From a virus (Duplodnaviria > Heunggongvirae > Uroviricota > Caudoviricetes), in IMG/VR virus record IMGVR_UViG_3300026549_001031: a stretch of DNA of 64,000 nucleotides. One strand, written 5' to 3'. Positions 9,466-16,920 of the stretch are shown piece by piece. Both the position numbers and the translations under genes were made by a program. A model generated the notes under the pieces. The model saw only the letters and a list, made by a program, of their open reading frames with translations, made no database searches and was not told where the DNA came from. Position 1 is the first letter of the stretch. Each line of letters begins with the position of its first letter.

Positions 9466-9804
9466 ATGGGAAATAACAGGGATAACGAATTAAATAAGCA
9501 ATTAAAAAAGTGGCAAAACACTTATAGTAAGATGATACTTAATGCTAAGTGGGATGGTTACATAGCAGAAGAGTTGACAGACCTTGAAATTAGCATGGTA
9601 CAAGCAATCACAACAGCTAAAACACATAAGGATGTAAATCCTATCATTTGGAGTAATACAGATTGGCTTATAGATAAAATTAAAGGCATGATGATCAAGC
9701 CTACATGTCATAGTAATATAAGAAGAGACAATTGCTTTGGTGAGTATAGACGTGATGGTTTGTTGTATGCACGTTGTATGAATTGCAAGTGGAGGACAGA
9801 ATAA
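9466..9804 (+). CDS. Small Cys-containing protein directly abutting the RT (candidate RT partner)
   Basis: Stop TAA 9802-9804 is immediately followed by the RT TTG; C-terminal C..C..CMNC possible Zn site. Confidence 0.65.
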   Translation: MGNNRDNELNKQLKKWQNTYSKMILNAKWDGYIAEELTDLEISMVQAITTAKTHKDVNPIIWSNTDWLIDKIKGMMIKPTCHSNIRRDNCFGEYRRDGLLYARCMNCKWRTE

Positions 9805-11055
9805 TTGAGCTGGACAGTAGTAGATGAGTTAAAGAAAAATGTTTATTGGGAAGATACATTTAATAAAATGGTGTTAAAAAAGACAATGACACCTGAAGAG
9901 AAAAATGAGCTTTGGAGAATTAAAGACATACTTAAAGATGAAATAATTGAGCAGTTAGTAAATGATACATACAAGTGGTCTATACCTAAAAAGGTTGAGA
10001 TTGCAAAAGGAATGACTAATAAGAAGCGTGTGGTTTATATGTACAGTCTTCAAGATAGAATGGTCATTGGTGCAATTTATAGGGCAGTGACAATGTATCA
10101 TATTGAACTTGTAAGTAAGAACTGTTTTTCATATAGAAAAGGAATAAGTACATGTACAGCAATAGAGTACATTAAGAAAGAGAATGACATTAAAAAATAC
10201 AAGTATGGCGTTAAGTTAGATATACATGCATATTTCAATAGCGTGTCTGAAAAGAGAGTACATGAGTTAATGAATGTGTTATTCAATAATGAACTTGGTG
10301 CAACAGTATCAAGAATAATGTTGGGCAATACAGTGGAATATAAAGGCAGAGTAATAAATGAGTGGAAAGCATTAGTACCTGGATGCGCACTTGGTAGTTT
10401 ATTTGCTAATGCATGTTTGAAACCTTGTGATGACTATTTTATTGATAAAGAATGCATTTATGCTAGATACAGTGATGATATAATTATTTTGTCAGACAGC
10501 AAGGAAAAATTACAAACATACTTAGATAAAGTGCTGGACTTTATTAGTAGTTATGGTTTAACAATGAATCCTGATAAATATACATGGTTTGAGCCAGGTG
10601 ACAGCATTGAGTATTTGGGATTGAAGCTTTGCAAGAATGGTAAGATAGACATATCAGATCATGCTAAATACAAGATCAAGAAACAGATACATAGATGGTG
10701 CAGAAAAGGGCGTATGGAAATGGAAATTGACCATAAGCCTTTTGAATTAGTTGCAAGGAATATAATTAGGAGACTTAATTATAAAAACTTTAAATGCTAT
10801 ATTGAGTTTGATTCAACATTTGGTTGGTGTCATTATGCATTTAGATACATCAATACAATACAGAGTTTAATTGAGATCGACTTTTATACAAGAGACACAT
10901 TACGTGCGATGAAAACAGGTAGACATAATAAAAATAATGTTAAGGCATTGAGTGATGAGGACTTCAAGAGACTTGGTTGGGTAAGCCTTGTGGATTTATA
11001 CAAACTATACACTGAAGACTTTGATTACTATTGTGAAATAATTGAGTTACTTTAG
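9805..11055 (+). CDS. Stand-alone reverse transcriptase (group II-like/unclassified clade)
   Basis: GGAGG RBS 9791-9795 + TTG start; KKRVVY..QDRM, CFSYRKG, KLDIHAYFNSV, VPGCALGSLFAN, YARYSDDII (YSDD), EYLGL, thumb-like GWCHYAF..IDFYTRDTLR..LGWVSL. Confidence 0.93.
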   Translation: MSWTVVDELKKNVYWEDTFNKMVLKKTMTPEEKNELWRIKDILKDEIIEQLVNDTYKWSIPKKVEIAKGMTNKKRVVYMYSLQDRMVIGAIYRAVTMYHIELVSKNCFSYRKGISTCTAIEYIKKENDIKKYKYGVKLDIHAYFNSVSEKRVHELMNVLFNNELGATVSRIMLGNTVEYKGRVINEWKALVPGCALGSLFANACLKPCDDYFIDKECIYARYSDDIIILSDSKEKLQTYLDKVLDFISSYGLTMNPDKYTWFEPGDSIEYLGLKLCKNGKIDISDHAKYKIKKQIHRWCRKGRMEMEIDHKPFELVARNIIRRLNYKNFKCYIEFDSTFGWCHYAFRYINTIQSLIEIDFYTRDTLRAMKTGRHNKNNVKALSDEDFKRLGWVSLVDLYKLYTEDFDYYCEIIELL

Positions 11056-11137
11056 TAATAATTAGAGGATGCAGAAAAAATAGCACTAAAATAAATATAA
11101 TTGTATTTTAATTTTTGATTTAAGATTTAAGGGGAAA

Positions 11138-11242
11138 ATGGACATGAGTAATAGCAGTGATAAAAATTATAATTGCATACGACCAGAACTCAGAACACCT
11201 TTATGCCTATTGTTATGCAATAGGTTTCTTTTGGTTAATTGA
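11138..11242 (+). CDS. Possible 34-aa peptide
   Basis: AAGGGG RBS; MDMSNSSDKNYNCIRPELRTPLCLLLCNRFLLVN; sits between RT stop and terminator. Confidence 0.35.
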   Translation: MDMSNSSDKNYNCIRPELRTPLCLLLCNRFLLVN

Positions 11243-11277
11243 AAAAGGCAGTTGGAGTTGTTAAGTGACTATATAAT

Positions 11278-11320
11278 AAAACCTGTTAGGTCATTTGATG
11301 GCTTAACAGGTTTTTATTTT
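11278..11320 (+). terminator. Intrinsic terminator closing the RT transcription unit
   Basis: CCTGTTAGGTCAT-TTG-ATGGCTTAACAGG hairpin followed by TTTTTATTTT. Confidence 0.8.
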
Positions 11321-11495
11321 GCATAAAAATAGATAAGGGGTACAGGAGGTGGTTTTATGATTGACCCTTTATTAGGTGACTGTAACTTGAGAAGTAGACG
11401 ACGATACATGGTGTTTAGAAATAGCATGTAGGACCTTACTCAAAGTGCGCTCAAAAATAGGGTAGGACATTAGTAAAAAATTATGAAAAAAATGG

Positions 11496-11524
11496 TTGAC
11501 AAGGTTTAGTTTGTGGTGTATAAT
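11496..11524 (+). promoter_or_regulatory. Consensus sigma70/SigA promoter for tRNA cluster
   Basis: TTGACA-17 nt-TATAAT. Confidence 0.85.
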
Positions 11525-11562
11525 GTATTTAGAGTTAAGGAAGTGGTTAAGACATAGTATAT

Positions 11563-11646
11563 GCAGGTATGATGGAATTGGCAGACATGAGAGACTTAAA
11601 ATCTCTCGTCAGTGATGACGTGCGAGTTCAAATCTCGCTACCTGTA
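11563..11646 (+). tRNA. trnL-TAA: tRNA-Leu(UAA)
   Basis: GCAGGTA/TACCTGT acceptor, anticodon arm with TAA, long variable arm, GTTCAAAT T-loop. Confidence 0.93.
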
Positions 11647-11656
11647 CTAATAAAAT

Positions 11657-11728
11657 ACTGACCTAGTTTAGTGGATAGAACAGTGGACTACGAATCCACA
11701 GACAGGAGTTCAACTCTCCTGGTCAGTA
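11657..11728 (+). tRNA. trnR-ACG: tRNA-Arg(ACG)
   Basis: ACTGACC/GGTCAGT acceptor, GTGGA-CTACGAA-TCCAC anticodon arm. Confidence 0.92.
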
Positions 11729-11740
11729 CTAAAATAATAT

Positions 11741-11813
11741 GGAGATGTAGTCAAGAGGCTTAAGACAGCGGTCTGCAAAACCGTGATCGTGGGTTCAAAT
11801 CCCACCACCTCCT
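11741..11813 (+). tRNA. trnC-GCA: tRNA-Cys(GCA)
   Basis: GGAGATG/CACCTCC acceptor (one mismatch), GCGGT-CTGCAAA-ACCGT, U discriminator. Confidence 0.9.
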
Positions 11814-11848
11814 CTAAATAATAAAGTCATAAATATAAGGAGGAATTT

Positions 11849-12334
11849 ATGAAGTATTATGGTAAAAAGGACATGGCTACATCTGTCATACTTTACATAA
11901 TGACAGTGTTGACAATTTTGTTTGTGCCCTTATCTGGTACACAAGCATTTAATTTATTTTATGAACAGACTAAAGGACAATCAAACACTGGGCAAATGAT
12001 TGGTGTAGCAGTTGGAACAACATTGGCATTGGTTGCAATCATAGTAGTTGCAATACTTGCAATAGTACTAATTGTATTTACAGTACTTGATTTGATTTGG
12101 CATAACAAATTTGCAAAGAGCATTAAGTACAGCTATATAAAATATAGTTATACATTGAAGATTATTGCATTTGCAGCTATTTGTTTTATGTCAGGCATAG
12201 GTGCAAAAGATAGTATACATAACTTAAAATTGTTTGTACCTGACTTAATTTGTTTTGTGCTATATGTTGTAATGTTGGTACTACTGATAAAAGATATGAG
12301 TAACATCACAGAATTGGAGAGTAAGACAAGTTAA
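11849..12334 (+). CDS. Multi-pass membrane protein inside tRNA cluster
   Basis: AGGAGG RBS; ~4 hydrophobic helices. Confidence 0.75.
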   Translation: MKYYGKKDMATSVILYIMTVLTILFVPLSGTQAFNLFYEQTKGQSNTGQMIGVAVGTTLALVAIIVVAILAIVLIVFTVLDLIWHNKFAKSIKYSYIKYSYTLKIIAFAAICFMSGIGAKDSIHNLKLFVPDLICFVLYVVMLVLLIKDMSNITELESKTS

Positions 12335-12402
12335 TTAAAAAGAATAACATGTCTTGAATATGCTGATACATGGTATGTTTAAGACATGTACATAATTATT
12401 AA

Positions 12403-12477
12403 CGGAATGTAGTTCAGTTTGGCTAGAATGCATGGTTTGGGACCATGAGGTCGCAGGTTCGAGTCCTGTCATTCCGA
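12403..12477 (+). tRNA. trnP-TGG: tRNA-Pro(UGG)
   Basis: CGGAATG/CATTCCG acceptor, CATGG-TTTGGGA-CCATG. Confidence 0.93.
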
Positions 12478-12501
12478 TTTAGGACATATTAAAAAGAATA
12501 G

Positions 12502-12583
12502 GCACCAGTGGTGGAATAGGCAGACGCGTCAGACTCAAAATCTGATTTCTTGTGGAGTGAGGGTTCAAGTCCCTCTTGGTGCA
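12502..12583 (+). tRNA. trnL-CAA: tRNA-Leu(CAA)
   Basis: GCACCAG/TTGGTGC acceptor, TCAGA-CTCAAAA-TCTGA, long variable arm. Confidence 0.92.
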
Positions 12584-12927
12584 CTGAAAACCCTCTTGAT
12601 AATTACTCAAGCAAGCTGAAAAAGGTAGAGGCATGAAAGCATTTAAGCTGACGAATGTTTAATACATTTGATGTTACGGTAGTACAAATTGGGAAAGATG
12701 ATATAAACGTAAGGAGTAAGCGTTAATCGTATAATAACCGATGAGTCATCAGGTTTCTGAGGGGGTCACCTGAAAATAAGAGATTAACATGAAAAAGAAA
12801 AACATAACAGGGAGAGAAAGGTAATGCACAGAACAAGAACATTGTTTATTCCTGATCACCTACTGAGCCTGTAAGGAGCATAGGTTTCCTGACTATCTTT
12901 ACAGGGGAGGTAAATATAGGTCAGGAG

Positions 12928-13200
12928 GTGTCAGCTATGGCACGTACAAGAAGTTACAGAAGAGAAGTAAGAAACAAGGCAATTGCACGTAAGAAATGGA
13001 TTTGTCATCATGTATATTGGGATGGACAGGACTGGTATGAACATGATGGACAGTATTCTAAAGGAAAGATTCATTGTAGTTGTCCTTTGTGTACTTATAA
13101 TAAATTCTATGACTTTCCTAGGTATAAGGATATGGTAGACAGTGATAGAGTGAAGGATGCAATGAAAGATTTATATGAACATGTAGATAAAGCTTGCTAG
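12928..13200 (+). CDS. Small basic Zn-finger-like hypothetical protein
   Basis: AGGAGG RBS; R/K-rich N-terminus; KGKIHCSCPLC. Confidence 0.7.
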   Translation: MSAMARTRSYRREVRNKAIARKKWICHHVYWDGQDWYEHDGQYSKGKIHCSCPLCTYNKFYDFPRYKDMVDSDRVKDAMKDLYEHVDKAC

Positions 13201-13313
13201 CTTGGGGTAAAATTCGTTTAGCATTTAGGTTGACAAATTAGTGTCTATGTGGTAATATAGATAGTGTTGAGAGAGAAAAGTAAAAAGATTTCAAAAATAA
13301 ATGAAATTCTCGA

Positions 13314-13342
13314 TTGACAAGTTGTTCATTGGGTGTTATAAT
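13314..13342 (+). promoter_or_regulatory. Consensus sigma70 promoter upstream of tRNA-Leu(UAG) and the large ncRNA candidate
   Basis: TTGACA-17 nt-TATAAT; a second TTGACA-17-TAATAT at 13230-13258. Confidence 0.85.
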
Positions 13343-13440
13343 AAATATGTAAGGTTGAGACAGATAGTAAATGTAAATTACATAGCCTGTTGAAAGCCTT
13401 ACATATTTAGAAAAATAAAGACAGTTAAAAAGTAGAGTAA

Positions 13441-13522
13441 GCCCGCTTGGTGAAATTGGCAGACACGCTAGATTTAGGTTCTAGTTCCTTAGGGAGTGAG
13501 GGTTCAAGTCCCTCAGTGGGTA
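13441..13522 (+). tRNA. trnL-TAG: tRNA-Leu(UAG)
   Basis: GCCCGCT/AGTGGGT acceptor, CTAGA-TTTAGGT-TCTAG, long variable arm. Confidence 0.92.
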
Positions 13523-13544
13523 CTAGCTTTACAAAAGGAGGTTA

Positions 13545-14610
13545 AGGACATGAGTCTTTGTGGCTACCTCACAGCAGTAAAGCAGGAGGATTAAGAGTCT
13601 TCTGTCAGATTGCATCACGTGATCTGTTGATACAGTCTGGTTTAAGATAAATGTAGAATCGGAAAGGAGCATGAGCAGTGAGATTAGAGTATAGTACAGT
13701 TAGCACTAAGGCTCGTTCAGGTACGATGTTATTGGTACATAGTATTTAATATTTAATCTTTTGCGGCGGAAAGAGCCATGAATGGGGAACCTACTAAAGC
13801 GTTGTTGGACATTTAAGTTCATTTTGATAGCTTAGACATTATGATGGTAGGCTGTGGTGAGTCAGAAATCTACCCAGTAAATTGAGGATAGAGACATAGA
13901 AGTGTTTGTCATGTGTACCATAAATGAATATGGACATGGCAGTGGATAGCACTCAACAGTTGAAAGACACTCTATTAGCTCAGGTAACCGGTTGCATAGC
14001 ATTGAGTCTGATATAACAGTTTTTGGTACTGACCAGGGTGATCCGGCAGTATAGACTTAAGAGTTCAGGTTTGGTGCTAGTGCATAAAATATCACAGGCG
14101 TTTGTGGTATGAATGTTGCAGTGGAAGTCTGCTATGTAACATAGGATGCTCAATGGAATAGCAGTTGTTTATTAGAAATAATTGTTCCTATGTTATGAAC
14201 CGCATAAGCGGAGAGTATAAGGATTGACGTTGGTTGATACGAAACAACTATGGAATGGTTGAGAGCAGTAGGGCTTAGTCTACTTCTTTGTTGAAGATTT
14301 GGTAACAAACTGCTCAAGGCGGCAAATGACCATTATAATTCAACACTGGTGGCGTTGGAGATGTTCAGAAGCGAGGAAGTAAGGTGGTTGAGGAGGTCTG
14401 GTCAGTAAATGAGCTGACGTGTAGCTTTCTGAAATGACATTTCAAATGTGGTAATCAGACAGCAAACTTACATATAAAACAGTTTGAAGAATGTTGCACT
14501 TACGAGTGTAGCAAAAGGCATCGAGCATAACGATGTCATTCGTACTAGGGGGGCTACTCCCTAGTACAAAAACCTTTAGTATCAGGGGGCTATTCCCTGG
14601 TACAAAACCA
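13545..14610 (+). ncRNA. Large structured ncRNA candidate (GOLLD/ROOL-like), boundaries approximate
   Basis: ~1.1 kb without ORF >=60 aa, GC-richer than flanks, between tRNA genes under a strong promoter; long-range GTCTGGT..ATCAGAC pairing, TGTTGCAC/GTGTAGCA, GGCATCG/CGATGTC and twin terminal hairpins; family call from context and recollection only. Confidence 0.55.
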
Positions 14611-14725
14611 TTTGGGCATTAAACACAGTTTATTGTCCTCCATCAATTTTGAGTATGAGTACTTTTAAGATTACTGTAGCATTTGGAATTATATCGCAGA
14701 TCATTAAGATATGGTCTGCGGACAT

Positions 14726-14799
14726 GCTGTTGTAGCTCAGTAGGATAGAGCATCTGCCTCCTAAGCAGAGGGTTGGTGGTTCGAATCCACTCAATAGCA
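14726..14799 (+). tRNA. trnR-CCT: tRNA-Arg(CCU)
   Basis: GCTGTTG/CAATAGC acceptor, TCTGC-CTCCTAA-GCAGA. Confidence 0.92.
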
Positions 14800-14803
14800 T
14801 TAT

Positions 14804-14877
14804 ATGCCTGTAGCTCAGCAGGTTAGAGCGGCGGCCTTATAAGCCGTGTGTCGTGGGTCCGAGTCCCACCAGGCATA
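14804..14877 (+). tRNA. trnI-TAT: tRNA-Ile(UAU)
   Basis: ATGCCTG/CAGGCAT acceptor, GCGGC-CTTATAA-GCCGT anticodon arm; T-loop GTCCGAG. Confidence 0.88.
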
Positions 14878-14984
14878 CTAAGTATATTAGTGTACAGTGG
14901 TATCAGACATGTTGTACCTCAATTCCATTAATTAAAAAATTTAAGTTAAGGCTAATATACTTTAAGTCTGATACAGCAGTGATT

Positions 14985-15020
14985 ACCCTCATGTCTAATT
15001 GGCATGGGGGTTTTTGTTTT
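14985..15020 (+). terminator. Intrinsic terminator after tRNA cluster
   Basis: ACCCTCATGTC-TAATT-GGCATGGGGGT + T tract. Confidence 0.8.
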
Positions 15021-15156
15021 GTACAGATATAAACTGAAGATGCACATATGTAATAATATGTTTAGCATAGGTACTAAAAGTATAATCATGTAAACAGGCA
15101 TATGAATATAGAAAGTAATTCTTTTTATTAAATTTTGTTTTTAAGGAGAAATATGA

Positions 15157-15957
15157 ATGATCTGGATTAAAACTAGATATGACAATGGATTAAAAATGAA
15201 TATACCTCATTCAGAGAATATAGCTCATGCAATGTATGGATTTAGGCAGTTAGGTGCTGAAATGCAGGCATATGAGAGTGTTGATGACATATATGATAAG
15301 GTAGGCAGAGAGGATATAGTTTTGGACTATATAGATCAATGTCAATGCATCTTTGATAAATTTGGTTTATCATACAAATTACCTAACTATCCTGATTGCT
15401 TAAGAGAATACCTTGGTAGACAAATTTGGACAGACACAATAAATAGCATTGCGTCTGATGAGAAGAAATGGTCAGCAGGATGGTTTGTGAAGCCTATGAA
15501 TAGAGAAAAGGCATTTACAGGTAAGGTGATATCAAGTATAACAGACTTGGTAGGTTGTGGTAATTGTCATGAGAATTATGAAGTAATCTGTAGTGAGAAA
15601 TTGGATATACTTGCTGAATGGAGAGGTTTCATATTGTATGACAAGCTAATTGACTTAAGACCTTATGGTTTATTACTTGATGCACTTAGAGACAAAGAGG
15701 CATGGCATTACAGTTATGACGCAGATACAGTAGAGAATATGACGGAGGACTTTAGGAAATGGAAAGATAGACCTGCATCATGTAGCATGGACATTGGAGT
15801 AGCTAGGGATAGTCATGGTAATGAAAAGACAGTACTTATTGAGATGAATGACTCATATGCATTAGGAAATTATGGGTTACCTAGTATATTTTATGCTAAA
15901 CTTATTAGTGCAAGGTGGAGTCAATTGTTTAATAGAGAGGACATTTACAATTTTTGA
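15157..15957 (+). CDS. ATP-grasp domain protein (DUF4343/R2K-like)
   Basis: WFVKP..EKAFTGKVI, EWRGFI, MDIGV..VLIEMNDSYALGNYG. Confidence 0.75.
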   Translation: MIWIKTRYDNGLKMNIPHSENIAHAMYGFRQLGAEMQAYESVDDIYDKVGREDIVLDYIDQCQCIFDKFGLSYKLPNYPDCLREYLGRQIWTDTINSIASDEKKWSAGWFVKPMNREKAFTGKVISSITDLVGCGNCHENYEVICSEKLDILAEWRGFILYDKLIDLRPYGLLLDALRDKEAWHYSYDADTVENMTEDFRKWKDRPASCSMDIGVARDSHGNEKTVLIEMNDSYALGNYGLPSIFYAKLISARWSQLFNREDIYNF

Positions 15958-15971
15958 GGAGGACAGCTAAG

Positions 15972-16679
15972 ATGGAAAATGGTACACAGATGAATCAAAG
16001 AGATCAAGTAACATTGTGTCTTGGAATTGTTTGGGTGATTGCATCGGTTGTGATTATATTCATAGCATATATTACAGGAGCATTTCCAATTAAGGGATGG
16101 GTCTCACCTGAAATTACAAAGAACAAGGATTTCAACTACGATTGCTTTGTGGATGAAGTCAGTTACAATGATGAATCTGAAGCAGACTTTTGTAATTGGG
16201 CTATGGAACTTTATGAGAAAACTGGAGTGCAAGCTTATTATTTGAAACTTGATATAAGTAAGAAGTCAGACATTAACAAAACATTGGATGCTAAGAACTA
16301 TGCCATAGATAGAGCGAAACAGATCACAGCAAATGATAATTGTGCAATAGTTATTTATAGTACAAACAGAGGTAATAAGGGTTCAAGAATGTTTTATGTT
16401 AGTAGTCAGTTATATTATGTGGGGGATGCAGAGAAATTCTTTGATTCAGCATTAAGAATGAGGGCTAAGAGTTCTTTGAGGCGTAGCTCTACAGAGTATA
16501 TAGTATTGAGAGACATTTTAGTGTATACTGGATACAATAAAAGTATTGCAGAGGCAACAATACATTGGGCATTGGTTTTGATGCTTGTACCTGTTATATT
16601 GATTGGTGAACCATTACTTGAATGGAGATTAGCAGTGTGTAAAGTGAAAAAGAAGAAAAGATTAGAAAGGAGTAATTGA
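15972..16679 (+). CDS. Membrane protein, TPM-domain-like extracellular part
   Basis: ATG 15972 after GAGGAGG; N- and C-terminal TM helices; LYEKTGVQAYY.. Confidence 0.55.
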   Translation: MENGTQMNQRDQVTLCLGIVWVIASVVIIFIAYITGAFPIKGWVSPEITKNKDFNYDCFVDEVSYNDESEADFCNWAMELYEKTGVQAYYLKLDISKKSDINKTLDAKNYAIDRAKQITANDNCAIVIYSTNRGNKGSRMFYVSSQLYYVGDAEKFFDSALRMRAKSSLRRSSTEYIVLRDILVYTGYNKSIAEATIHWALVLMLVPVILIGEPLLEWRLAVCKVKKKKRLERSN

Positions 16680-16680
16680 G

Positions 16681-16920
16681 ATGGCAAAGGTCGAACAGAT
16701 TGGAACATTAGATGATTTGAATAAGATCAAGAGAGTTGAGTTACATGACTTGTTTTTTAATCAGTGCAAGTCTGATAGCTACATAGCTAAAATGTATGGA
16801 ACAACTAAAAAAGAGGTTAAGCGCAGGAGAAAAGAACTTGGTCTAGGTTGGTTTATGTGTGGTTTCCTTTATGTAATGAGTGGTGAACAGTACAGGGGGA
16901 AAGGTGGTAAGAAAAAATGA
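16681..16920 (+). CDS. Small HTH-like protein
   Basis: SDSYIAKMYGTTKKEVKRRRKELGL helix-turn-helix-like segment. Confidence 0.55.
   Translation: MAKVEQIGTLDDLNKIKRVELHDLFFNQCKSDSYIAKMYGTTKKEVKRRRKELGLGWFMCGFLYVMSGEQYRGKGGKKK

Noticed and set aside
9805-11055. Group II intron, DGR or classical retron assignment of the RT
   Set aside because: No domain V/VI motif after the ORF, no TR/VR pair with A-only differences or Avd seen, no NAxxH or VTG retron motifs.
11375-11470. Possible degenerate fourth array unit downstream of the RT (GGTGACTGTAAC, hairpin with TAGAAAT loop, CTCAAAA)
   Set aside because: Motif spacing differs from the units and the TACAGT closing partner and GGAAT/CAAGGA tail are absent; could be chance. 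A CM search would settle it.
12645-12680. Hammerhead ribozyme (CTGACGA followed by a hairpin)
   Set aside because: The GAAA core strand does not follow stem II, so the catalytic core is incomplete.
13441-13522. Amber-suppressor tRNA or recoded genetic code
   Set aside because: Anticodon TAG reads CUA (Leu), not UAG; long ORFs are intact in code 11 and several genes end in TAG.
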